Positions 1 through 11,585 of a DNA stretch of 64,000 nucleotides are shown here, one piece after another. The stretch comes from Chiloscyllium plagiosum (lineage: Eukaryota). The translations under genes and the position numbers were made by a program. The notes under the pieces are model-generated. The model was not told the DNA's origin. It was given only the letters and a program-made list of their open reading frames with translations, and did not search any database. Position 1 is the stretch's first letter, and each line of letters opens with the position of its first letter. The DNA lies in the NCBI RefSeq assembly GCF_004010195.1, contig NC_057742.1:2896714-2960713 (forward strand), written 5' to 3'.

Positions 1-735
1 TAGGGATAGGATTTCCCAGTCACAGGGGCCTGACATGGTTCAACAGCCAGACTTTGGCACTGCCTCTGCTGCCAAAATGGGCATTTTGATTGCTGACTCC
101 ATGACAACACGGTATACCTTCAAACCATGGACAATTCTTCCATGCAGCTCCTGCGAGAGCAATTGAAAGTATTTTATATTCCTCATCTCCATTTTCCATT
201 TAAAAAAATGTATATATTCATTTCTTTTCAAATCATTTGCAAACTATCATACAGCACCGAAAAATACCAATGAAAATGGAGTCACGGTCCATTTAACCAA
301 GTGAGTCATTCTCTGCTGAGGCAGAGAGCAGTGGGGTTAGTAATGTGCTCAGGAGAAATGAACGTACTGACTGCAGATTCTTGTTTTCCAGAGCAGTCAG
401 AAAGTGTGCTCTCACTGAGGGCAAGAATCTCAGTGCCCTGATCAGAGTCTGGGGTACACATTGCCACTTCACTTGTTATATTTTCCTTGCCTCAGGCCAT
501 CTGTTTCGAAATGTAAATAAAATGTACCATTCCTGACATCAGTCTGCATTCTCTTGAAAGCTTGAATATATTCATTGAATTGAAGAGGTTCTGTGTTTTC
601 TTCTTGACAAGTAGGAATGGAGATTAAATGTTTCTACTGATGGTGAACAATCTCTGTGTTAGCAAATACAGCATGTTTCCTCTGTTTGCATTCATTGCTA
701 TTGAACTTCTGATAGAGAGGCACCGCATTCAAAAT

Positions 736-988
736 GTTAACTCTGCTTTCTCTCCACAGATGCTGCCAGTTTCTCCAGCAATTGCTGTTTTTGTTTTAAA
801 AGTCACCTTTCTTTCTATAGATGATTATTTTGACACAGAAATCCTACCAAAGGAAGGGAATGTCAAATGAAAATACTATGAATGCTGGAAATCTGTCACA
901 GAGACTGAAGAAACTCAGCATGTCTGGCAGCATCTGTAGAGAGAGAAAAACAGCTAACGTTTTGAGTCTGAAATGAATCTTCTGCCAA
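736..988. mobile_element. Two degenerate PLE pseudo-LTR 3' end fragments in opposite orientation
   Basis: tctctccacagatgctgccag...ccagca (+) and gctgg...tctggcagcatctgtagagaga (-) match the motif of the better-preserved copy at 2020-2442. Confidence 0.6.
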
Positions 989-1367
989 GCTGGGGAGAAG
1001 GGGAGATCTCAGTTACGTATTATGCATGACTGGAATTAATCATTTCTCTTAATAAAATGCATTTAAGCTTCCCTTCATTATCAACCAGCTGCTCAATGTT
1101 CTCACGGGGTTTCTCATCAAAACCCAGGAATTAATTTAAAGATAAATATTAAATTGCTCAAAATATTTCTTTCATAATCTCTCAGATTATCAGTTTGATT
1201 GGCTCTCACCTCTGGATTCCACTCCAGGGTTTCAGTGCTTAACCTGGCCCAGTACAGGGCTCACAGGAACACAACCATTCAAGGCAGGGACTGAACTCAG
1301 GGAATGCTGCCTTTTCAGGATCCCAAATCAAAATTATTTCTTCTTTTTGAATTCAATGCATGATCGA

Positions 1368-1473
1368 ACACTCCCAGGAAAGGGACAGCACAGGGTTCGA
1401 TACAGAGTAAAGCTCCCTCTACACTGTCCCCCCCATTAAACACTCCCAGGACAGGAACAGCACAGGGTTCGAT
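1368..1473 (+). repeat. ~69-bp minisatellite, ~1.5 units
   Basis: caggacagggacagcacagggttcgatacagagtaaagctccctctacactgtcccc unit, same as 8893-9184 and 32385-32695. Confidence 0.85.
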
Positions 1474-2019
1474 ACCTCGTAGGATATATATGACCACAGA
1501 TAGCATTACACAAACCATATCGGATTCTGTTATTCAAAGATGATTGGAAATTTCCTCTGAGTTTCCTCTGTCCAGCCATTGGGAAAATCTGAGGACATTC
1601 CACTGATGTGGAGAGGGAGAAGTCCTGAGACAATTCCCTGTAGGGGTAAGACATACCCCAACCAAACCAACCATGATCTGTTTTACCCCACCCCTGTTTC
1701 AACAGCAAAACAAAAATCATTGCAGGACACAAACTCCATCCTACTATCTCCCAGGGACCTCTTTAATCCCACCCAAACATCACCCCACCTCCTTACAGAT
1801 ATCCAAGTTCAGAGACAAACACTCCCCAGGGAATAAACTCCGTTCAGCAGAATGTTCCTGAGTGAGTGAGTGCAGGGTCTATAATTCAAAAGGGTAGGAT
1901 GACCAACTGTCCCAATGGGCACAGTTCCTGCTAACAGGGTTCCTGACTGTCCACCCTGGGCTTGAGCATCTCCACTGTTAATGATAAAAGGAGCAAACAG
2001 CAAAGTAAGGACAGACCTG

Positions 2020-2442
2020 AAACCAAAAGAGAAAATGCTGGAAAATCTCAGCAGGTCTGGCAGCATCTGTAAGGAGAGAAAAGAGCTGATGTTTCGAGTC
2101 TAACTGACCCTTTGTCAAAGCTAAAAAAAGGGAAGAAATAGGGAAGTAGTTTTACGAGGCTGAGAGAAGGTGAGTCATGGCCCCAGAACCAAAGGTAGTG
2201 TCACTGTCATTATCACCTGGTTATTGCTCCCTTCGCTTCTGGGGCCATGACTCACCTTCTCTCAGCCTCGTATAAATACCTCCCTATTTCTCCCATTATT
2301 TTAGCTTTGATAAAGGGTCAGTTAGACTCGAAACGTCAGCTCTTTTCTCTCCTTACAGATGCTGCCAGACCTGCTGAGATTTTCCAGCATTTTCTCTTTT
2401 GTTTTCAGATTCCAGCATCTGCAGTAATTTGCTTTTATTAAA
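2020..2442. mobile_element. Fold-back (tail-to-tail) non-autonomous PLE derivative with HHR cores
   Basis: Inverted arms ~2017-2189 and ~2237-2408; flanking direct repeat gacagacctg at 2010-2019 and 2443-2452. Confidence 0.85.
2301..2341 (+). ncRNA. Minimal type-I hammerhead ribozyme motif, U3-A8 variant
   Basis: AGCU-UUGAUAA-A-GGGUC-AGUUA-GACUC-GAAA-CGUC-AGCU: 5-bp stem II, 4-bp stem I, palindromic ACGU stem III; mirror copy on - strand at 2088-2118. Confidence 0.7.
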
Positions 2443-4532
2443 GACAGACCTGGCGTGGGGAGGAGAGGGGAACAGCCACCACTGTATCAATAGTTTACAT
2501 TAGAGACACGTCCCCTTCCCAACCTCCGGTGCTGTGTTGCAGCAACTCCAGATCCATCTCTCTGGCCATACAGGACCAAGGGCAAATCCCAATCCCACTG
2601 TGTTGGCTCCTCTCTCATCCCCCAGGGGTAAATACCACTGTGTGCCCCCCCTCCGGGGTAAATCCCACCATGTGGGTCTCTCTTGCCCCCACCCCCCAGG
2701 GTAAATCCTACTCTCCATCCCCACCCTGTGGCCCACCAGCTGTTTCTCCAGCCGCTGAATAAAGACGGATCTCAGTGTGTCCTGGTGGATGGTTCCCGCT
2801 CACTTTCACCAACCCCTATCCACCCAGGCCCCGTGAGCCTGCCCCAATCTGTCTCCCTCTTCCCGGACCCCGGGAGCCTGTCCCACCCCAGGGACGATTT
2901 TGCCTTCACCATCGTGTACACCCTGGCCCTGCCCCACTGATTCCGAGGGGGTAGTGTCCATCCCTCAAAGCCGCTGGACTTTCTCAGTGCAGGCTGTTTG
3001 ATTCAGCGCAGGCAGAGTTAACCCATCGCCGTGCTCACCCAAATGGGGAGCTTTTACCTTTCTGTAAATGGAACATTATTTCACCATTAAAGAGAATCCA
3101 TCTAAATTGGCAGCAAAGTGCTCAACAATAAAATGCTGAATATAAAAAAAAACATAGGCCAGAAACAAGGAGCCATCTGCTCCAGCTTGACAGCAGATTG
3201 CCAACTCCGTGCCAACTCTCACTAAATGTTGCAGAAAAAAACGTGGTTGAATGTAATGGCCTTTGGCAGAGCAGTGCAGGGGGGAGGGGTCGGGTGCTAG
3301 GGCTCAACAGGGAACCATACAGCAAGGTGCCTAACGTAGTGATGCTGAGCAGGCAGGGAGCAGGTACCAGTACACTGTGATACTGAGGGAGCGCTTCACT
3401 GCCACAGACTCCCCTTCACACGAACTGTTCAATGGCCACACTGACTCAGTGCAGCAGGATATTCAAACTGAACGTCTCCGAATGTGCCTCGGTTAATGTC
3501 ACGCCCTCTACAAACACGTCAGCTCTCAGAAGAGTTACTGGATCTATAATTGGAAACTAAACCTTTACGTGAATATCAACGAGAGCTGAGCAACCCCCAT
3601 TCCAAGAAGATTCCCCACAGCTTCACCCACTTTTAGCCACTTGACAACTGGTTCCAGAGATCCCCCAAGGATGTGATGCCAACACTGGGGCAAAGAGACC
3701 ACTTGGAAAGGCAGTTTCTCCAGCTGTCCGGTTGCTAACTTACCAATGTATCGCCTCCATTTGTTGTTCCTCATGACATGGTTTACCTTTGAGATGCTGA
3801 AACTGTCTTTTCTAGCTAAAGATAAGTAGCTCTCAAAACATTTGCCGCAGAGTCATATTGGTGTGTTGACATTGGCAACTCTGACACAGAAATGTTTGAA
3901 AATCTCAACATGAAAGAATCAGGTCAAACTGAGTCAGGCTGAGTTCAGTTAGGGAAGTGTAAATATGACACCGGAGTGGGTGGTGGAAGACTGCGAGTGA
4001 TGCTTGGGTCAATTCAAAGCGTTGACAATCCCTTTCTAAAGTACAAAATGTCACCAAAACGATAAACACTTCAGAGAACTGCTGGATGAACAACAGTCAC
4101 CCACACATCAGGCTGTGCTCACTCAACAATATGGGCTTTCAGTTTCTCAATACCTCAGACTTAAAAATCATCAACTTGTTTTAAAATCCCTCTGTGGCCT
4201 CACCCTTTCCTCTCGCGGTGACCTCTTTCCATCCTGACCATGCACTGAGATCTCTGCATGCTCCTCCACATCCCAGATCCATTAGCAGCCAGAAATAAAT
4301 CCTTGAAATTCTTTTCTGAAACCTCTTGGCTTTTCATTTCCAACACTTTTTTTTTTAAAAAACCACCACTTTCTCAGTCCCAATATATTTGTGAGAGGGC
4401 TTGTTTCTGTAACATCCCTGTGAAAAGCCTTGGGGTGTTTGACCGCAGATCAGGAGATGGATTTGTTTTGTTATGAACATTTACAGGTTGCAAACTGGAA
4501 GAGAATGGAGTTGAGTATTGCAGGAAAGAAAC

Positions 4533-5190
4533 ATAGAAGCAGCAGCAGGAGGAGGCCATTCAGCCCTTTGACCTTGCTCCACCATTCAATAGGATCATGG
4601 CTGATCCTCTACCTCAATCCCATATTCCTTTATTCTCTCCATACCCCTTAAAATCCGTAACTTCATCTCTTTCATGGAGATATTCAGTGTCTTGGCCTCC
4701 ACACCCTTTTGTGGTCTCGAGTTCCACAGGTTCACTACCCTCCAAGTGAAGGACAGCCCCTTTCCTGAAACTGTGTCCCTGGTTCAACACTCCCCACAAC
4801 CATCTCCCCAAGGGGAAAACACTTTCCCTGCATCTCGTCTGTCCAGCCCCGTTTTATACATATCAATCAGATCCCCTTTCATCCTTCTAAACTCTAGAGA
4901 TTACAGACCCAATTCAACTAATCTCTCCTCATTTCTCAGTCCTTCATCCTGGGAATCAGCCGGGAGAACTTCTCCACCATCCCTCTATAGCGAGTATATC
5001 CTTTCTTAGGTACGTAGACCAAAACAGCACACAATACACCAGATGTAGTTTCACCAAGGTCCTGTACAACTCCAGTAAGCCATCCTTATTTCTGAACTCA
5101 AATCCTCATGCAATGAAGGCCAATGTACCACTTACCTTCCTAACTGCTTGCTGTATCTCATTGACTGGTGTACAAGGACATCCAGATCCC
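4533..5190 (-). mobile_element. CR1-type LINE 3' fragment, degenerate
   Basis: ggccattcagccc...ccattcaataggatcatggctgatc 3' tail and homology to the CR1 copy at 6204-7700. Confidence 0.8.
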
Positions 5191-5797
5191 TTTATACATC
5201 CTGCTACTTTTACCATCATCAGCATGTGGCACTGTTAGTTATCCCGAGATTACGAACTTTGAGGTCCTATGTTTTAATTTACGTTCTAACTCTCATACTT
5301 TGCTTGTAGGACCTTGTGCTTTTTTAAAACCAATGTCATTAGTTACTCCTGTGAAAATTTGATCTTTTTTTGGCTTAAAATGGTCAGAAACTCAGTTTGA
5401 ACATTAAACGCAAACCATCATTTTCAAGAAGTCATCTGATTTTAACCAAATGACCACCAAGGCACCCGAGGAGATAATTGCAGAGGCATTTGCTGACCTG
5501 AGTTTTACAGCCATTGGACAGTGAGATGGAGTATGAGCCAGTTACAGGTTCACACATTGGCGAAGAGGTCAGTGACAGCCGAGGTGCTGTTTTTAGGAAT
5601 CTGGAAGTAATCAGGATTGGGGAGAAGCCCCAGGGTGCTTAGACGTCAATGAGAAGTAAGCTCCAGAAGCAAAAAAAAAATCATGGGGCTGTTAAAAAGG
5701 AAGATATTCCACAAGCTTATGAAGGTAATGGGGAGGTGATGGCCTAGTGGTATTATCACTGGACTGTTAATCCAGAGACCCCAGTAATGTTCTGGGG

Positions 5798-5942
5798 CCA
5801 GAAACAGATGTTGCTGGGAAAGCTTAACAGGTCTGGCAGCGCCTATGCAGAGAAATCAGAGTTTCGGGCCCTGTTCAACTTTTCCAGCAACTTCTGTTTC
5901 TGTTTCTAATTCACAGCATCCACTGTTCTTTTGCTTTTATTA
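5798..5942. mobile_element. Short fold-back PLE derivative inserted in the SINE
   Basis: TSD aatgttctgggg at 5786-5797 and 5943-5954; inverted arms cagaaacagatgttgctgg / ccagcaacttctgtttctg. Confidence 0.75.
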
Positions 5943-6203
5943 AATGTTCTGGGGTCCCAGGTTCAAATCCTGCCACGGCAGATGATGGAATTTGAATTCA
6001 ATAAAAATCTGGAATTAGGAGTCTCCTGATGACTACGAATCCATTGTCGATTGTCAGAAAACCCCATCTGGGTCACTATTGTCCTTTCGGGAAGGAAACT
6101 GCCATCCTTACCTGGTCTGGCCTACATGTGACTCCAGATCCTCAGCAACATGGTTGACTCTTAACTGCCCTCAGGGCAATTAGGGACAGGCAATAATAGC
6201 CAA

Positions 6204-7700
6204 TAAGTGCAGGAGTAGGCCATTCTGCCCTTGGAGCCTGCACCACCATTCAATATGATCATGGCTGATCATCCTCAATCAGTATCCTGTTCCTGCCTTA
6301 TCTCCATAAACCTTGATCCCACAATCCTTGAGAGCTCTATCCAACTCTTTCTTAAATGAATCCAGAGACTGGGCCTCCACTGCCCTCTGGGGCAGAGCAT
6401 TCCACACAGTCACCACTCTCTGGGTGAAGAAGTTTCTCCTCATCTCTGTCCTAAATGGTCTACCCCGTATTNNNNNNNNNNNNNNNNNNNNNNNNNNNNN
6501 NNNNNNNNNNNNNNNNNNNNNNNNNNNNNNNNNNNNNNNNNNNNNNNNNNNNNNNNNNNNNNNNNNNNNNNNNNNNNNNNNNNNNNNNNNNNNNNNNNNN
6601 NNNNNNNNNNNNNNNNNNNNNNNNNNNNNNNNNNNNNNNNNNNNNNNNNNNNNNNNNNNNNNNNNNNNNNNNNNNNNNNNNNNNNNNNNNNNNNNNNNNN
6701 NNNNNNNNNNNNNNNNNNNNNNNNNNNNNNNNNNNNNNNNNNNNNNNNTCACCTAACCTGTTCAGGTCACCCTGTAATCTCCTAACATCCTCCTCACATT
6801 TCACCCTGCCACCCAGCTTTGTATCATCAGCAAATTTGCTAATGTTATTACTAATACCATCTTCTATATCATTAATATATATTGTAAAAAGCTGCGGTCC
6901 CAGCACTGGTCCCTGCGGTACCCCACTGATCACCACCTGCCATTCCGAAATGGAGCTGTTTATCACTACTCTTTGTATCCTGTCAGCCAACCAACTTTCA
7001 ATCCAAGTTAGTACTTTGCCCCAATACCATGAGCCCTAATTTTGCTCACTAACCTCCTATGTGGGATTTTATCAAAAGCTTTCTGAAAGTCCAGGTACAC
7101 CACATCTACTGGATCTCCCTCGTCCATCTTCAGAGTTACATCCTCAAAAAATTCTAGAAGAAAATTAGTCAAGCATGATTTCCCCTTCATAAATCCATGC
7201 TGACTCTGACCTATCCTGTTACTACTATCCAGATGTGTTGTAATTTCATCCATTATAATAGACTCCAGCATCTTTCCCACCACTGAGGTCAGACTAACTG
7301 GTCTATAATTTCCTGCTTTCTCTCTCCCACCTTTCTTAAAAAGTGGTATAACATTAGCCACCCTCCAATCCGCAGGAACCGACCCCGAATCTATTGAACT
7401 CTGGAAAATAATCACCAATGCATCCACGATTTCCCGAGCCACCTCCTTCAGTACCCTGGGATGTAGACCATCAGGCCCCGGGGACTTATCAACCTTCAGA
7501 CCTAACAGTCTCTCCAACACCAATTCCTGGCAAATACAAATTCCCGTCAGTTCAGGTTCTTCGGCCACTGTTCCCTCAGGGAGATTGCTGCCCCAGTGAA
7601 CACAGATCTGAAGTACCAATTCAATTCTTCTGCCATTCCTTTGTTCCCAGTAATATATCCCCCTGTTTCTGTCTTCAAGGGCCCAATTTTAGTCTTAACC
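6204..7700 (-). mobile_element. CR1 LINE ORF2 reverse-transcriptase region, frameshifted, 5'-truncated, spans gap
   Basis: Translations KSPGPDGLHPRVLKE, NYRPVSLTSVVGK, QHGFMKGKSC, YLDFQKAFDKIPH, GVPQGPVLGP, KFADDTK, RNFFTQRVV..WNALP. Confidence 0.97.
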
Positions 7701-8892
7701 TGAGCCTAGCCAGTAACACCCACATCCTGTGAATGAACAAAGGAAAAAAAGACAAAAGTTGAGGGAACCCATGTCACGTAATAGTGAGCTAAGTTAGCAG
7801 TTTGGTTTAAGAATTTTGGTGAAGAGTCATTAACTGAAGTAAACTGTAAGTGATAAATGTGCAGAAATTTGTCAAAAGAAACCATGCAAGTTGATCCAGT
7901 TTCTGTGAAGAGCTTTAGGTGCCTGTTCACTGAGGCCTGAGAGGGTGTAATGTAATTGCTGGGATAGTAGGAATAGATCGTCCACTCTTATGTTTCTAAC
8001 GACAGTGTTCCAATGGTTCTTATCTCAGGTATTTTGGTTGATTCCTTTTATGTAAAAAATTATTATGTCCTTGTGTTAAAAATGCGTGGCAGACTCTTGT
8101 GAATATGTTCAGCAACTGATCTGTATGTTAAACAGAAAGGAAAATAAAAGTTATGGTCTATCAAGCCAGGTCTCTCTCTGGGATCAGATTTGTCCAGTGT
8201 TACCATCAGGTGCGACTGTAACAAAACATTTTTCCGTTAAGTAATAATTCTTACCGGGGCAACACTGGGCAAGCCGCCAGCTTTAAAATCAGTTTTGTTG
8301 GAATAAATTTCAGCTGCAAAGAATCATTGTGGTGGAACGAGCAAAGGCTGGTTTCCAAGGCAACACAGCTCTTTGTGCAGTTTGGCGCTGGATTCTGAAG
8401 TCAGCGCCTCGTGTTGGACCTGCTAGCTGCTCGTTAAGTGGAGATCAGCAGTGAATAATCCACCTCACCTTCACTAGCCCTGATGCCAGAGAAAGCCATG
8501 CACGTACACCGCCCTTCACTCATACCTTTGTCTAACCCCAACCGCAAGGAATTTCACGGAATAAACTATTCCAGTGTTTGCAGTCAAGACAAAGAGCTGA
8601 AGGAATGGAAACGGAAGGGTGGAAAGAAATCAAATCAATGCAATAATTGCTGAAAAACACCTGGGAAATCTGTCAGAGGCTGGAGTCAACAGGAGACAGC
8701 TCAGTGAATCTTTTCTCCTTCAGTGATGCTGATGGGTTACGGGTGTGAAAATGGCACTTGGTGCCCAGAAGCCAAAGGGCCTGCATTACCTTGGCACTGG
8801 CTTCATGTTCACACACTCACCTGCAACTCCAAGTGGTCCGGTTTCCAATCTCCCTCCCAGAGATCAGAACACAATGTCTTGGCTGATAGCCT

Positions 8893-9184
8893 CAGGATAG
8901 GGACAGCACAGGGTTCGATACAGAGTAAAGCTCCCTCTACACCGTCCCCATCAAACAGTCCCAGGACAAATACAATACAGGTTAGATACAGAGTAAAGCT
9001 CCCTCTACACTGTCACCCATCAACACATCCAGGACAGGGACAGCACAGGGTTAGATACAGAGTAAAGCACTTTCTACACAGTCACCCATCAAACACTCCC
9101 AGAACAGGGACAACATGGGGTTCGATACAGAGTAAAGCTTCCTCTACACTGTCCCCATCAAACACACTCAGGACAGGGACAGCA
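8893..9184 (+). repeat. ~69-bp minisatellite, ~4 units
   Basis: cagagtaaag recurs at 8921, 8989, 9058, 9128. Confidence 0.9.
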
Positions 9185-9679
9185 GTTAGAAACAGCAGAA
9201 AGACACCCAGCCTCACCCCCAGACTCCAGGCTGGGTAAGGTGGGGTTGTGTGTGGGGGATCTAGTCCACACTGATTGTGCTCAGGTTTATTCACTGTGTC
9301 CCATGCCAGCTGCCATACAGTGTAGTTGGGTGTGAATGCTGCCAGCTCTCAGAGGGGCTGTTTGAGGGCCTTCTTTACCAGAGGTGATTGTAATGCAGTT
9401 CACAGTCACCTTGATGGGCAGAATGCTGGCCTTTGTCATTATTTCACAGAGAATGGTGATGGATCCGACGGAAAACCAAATGGTACAATTTGACATCACC
9501 CATCTACATTGGCTCAAAAACCAAGCAGTATGTGAGCTAGGAAAGCCTTGTACAGGAGATTGCCAATGATCGAGACCCTTCAACAGTCTTCCTGTCTATC
9601 TGTCTACCCTTGATAGCAGTTCCCTCAGCTGCTGGAGCAGTAAAGCTGTGGGATTCCCATTGAAACCTCACAGTCACTT

Positions 9680-10143
9680 GCTCCTCCTTCAAACACACTC
9701 TCCTTGGCTCAGCTTTGGATCACTTGTCTTAATATTTACTCACTTCGTACTTTCGCACCTTGTACAGTGGGCAGCACCAGGGGATGTTGAACTATGTTAA
9801 AGGGGAGCTAGCACATTCATAATGGGCACAATGGCCTCCTGCACTATCTCATTCTCTGATACAGTTTGAATGTGCAAGAGAATTTACGGTTCTTTTCTCT
9901 CATTAATGTAAATATTACTCTGAACATTTCCCGGTAGTGTTCCACATTCAAACTGAATCAGAGAATGATACAGTGCAGGGGGCCATTGTGCCCATTGTGA
10001 ATGTGCTAGCTCTCCTTTAACATTGTTCAACATCCCATGGTGCTGCCCACTGCACAAAGTATTGAAAACAAATCTGACGAGGTAAATATTAAGATATATG
10101 ATCCAAAGCTGAGCCAAGGAGAGTGGGCTTGAAGGAGGAGAGA
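9680..10143. repeat. Long inverted duplication (~195-bp arms, ~68-bp spacer)
   Basis: 9680-9874 is the reverse complement of 9943-10143, e.g. gagctagcacattcataatgggcacaatggcc / ggccattgtgcccattgtgaatgtgctagctc. Confidence 0.9.
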
Positions 10144-10196
10144 GGGGCCGAGAGGTTTTGGTGGGAATCCCATAGCAACTGAAGGGCAGTAGTGAT

Positions 10197-11389
10197 TGGA
10201 ACCAGGTGGATCTTATTGACCATGAGATCCTTGATTGGGGTTGTTAACCTGCATCAATCAGGAAGCCCTGGCTGACCAATATACACAGGGGGTAATCGGG
10301 ACGGGCTGTCCTAGAGGTGGCCGAAAGGTGTGTCAGGGTAGCCCGCTGGCCGGATGGTGCATCGAGGTGGGTGAGAGCCCAATGGTACGTAGGGGCAGAC
10401 CGAGAGTCAGAAGGTGGGTAGGCCGTCCTGACCGCTGTCATCCTGGGCAGGTACTGGGGCAGGCTGCCCTAGAGATGGTCAAAGGGTGTGTCAGGGTGGA
10501 CCGAGAACTGGAAGGGGCATGGGGTGGACCAAGAGCCTGAAGGTACGTAGGGGCGGGTTGCCTTAGAGTGGCTGGAAGGTGGGAGGGACAGGGGCTTGCT
10601 GGGTCTGTATTGTCTGCACTTTCCTATGTAACAGGATTGTCTCATGTACAAATGTCATTGTCGCTGTCTTTTCATATTTGAAACTGGGATTTGAGGTTTG
10701 TCCTCATCTCCCTGTAGACTGGTCAAATGGTAGGGTTTGGGGCCTGGCTTTGCTGCTCCTCTCCCTTGTAAAATTGCTGTTGTATACAGCTGTAAATGTT
10801 AACTGTTTATTTTGCAAACTGTTTTGTAATTTTTTAATAAAATAAAATATACACGGGGGTAAACAGGACGGGCTGTCCTAGAGGCGGCCGGAAGGTGGGT
10901 CAGAGCAGCCGAGAGCTGGAAGGGGTGTAGGGGCGGGTTGCCTTTGAGTGGTTGGAAGTTTAGATTAGATTCCCTACAGTATGGAAACAGACCCTTCGCC
11001 CCAACCAATCCATATATTTTCTCACTCTCACTCGGAGGACTGACTAACACAAAAATATATGTATACAGGAGATTGCCCCTAGAATGGGGCTCTGCTTATC
11101 ACTGGCCACTCGAGTGGTTTTTTTTCTCCTGGTGATGGAATATTAATAAAAAGTTATTTATACCTGCTGTTTCTCAATGTGTCACCCAGCACCCACACAA
11201 CATGGGTGCTGGGGAAAATTGCTGTATGGGGAATACTGTAGGGGTTAAAAGATAATTAAACAGGGGATTTGGAATCTCCTCAGCTCAGGGACTGACTCCG
11301 AGCTGGCTGGCTACAGCCCAGTCTGACTCTGCACATGTAAATACAGGGTAACTCGGTGATGGGATACTGGCCTCTGTGCTGTTATTTCA
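10197..11389 (+). mobile_element. Probable solo LTR split by ~1 kb of nested sequence
   Basis: 5' half tggaaccaggtgg...aatcaggaagccctggctgac (10197-10280); 3' half ...ggtgatgggatactggcctctgtgctgttatttca (11250-11389); TG...CA ends; no TSD confirmed. Confidence 0.45.
10280..10957 (+). repeat. G-rich internally duplicated block with a 3'-UTR-like AT-rich segment
   Basis: atatacac.ggggg...gacgggctgtcctagagg at 10280 and 10848; gtaggggcgggttgcctt.gagtgg.tggaag at ~10547 and ~10927; aataaaataaaa at ~10836. Confidence 0.7.
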
Positions 11390-11477
11390 AGAACAGCTCA
11401 AGGACAACAGAAGTCTGAGCTGTCCTCCTTCATCAGGGCCACTCAGCTCTCCCACCTTCACACTGCACTGGGAACCA

Positions 11478-11585
11478 GATTCTGGATCAGTGGTGCTGGA
11501 AGAGCACAGCAATTCAGGCAGCTGTGCTCTTCCAGCACCACTGATCCAGAATCTGGTTTCCAGCATCTGCAGTCATTGTTTTTAC
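11478..11585. mobile_element. Miniature fold-back PLE derivative (perfect 38-bp hairpin)
   Basis: Stem 11473-11510 / 11521-11558, 10-nt loop; TSD ctgcac(t/c)gggaacca at 11463-11477 and 11586-11600. Confidence 0.88.

Larger units (their letters stand above)
5730..7750 (+). mobile_element. tRNA-derived SINE split by nested insertions (head/body 5730-6200, tail 7700-7750)
   Basis: A box tggcctagtgg, B box ggttcaaatcc; tail ccagtaacacccacatcctgtgaatga...aaaaaaa; homologous copies at 13618-13935 and 45497-45815. Confidence 0.7.
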
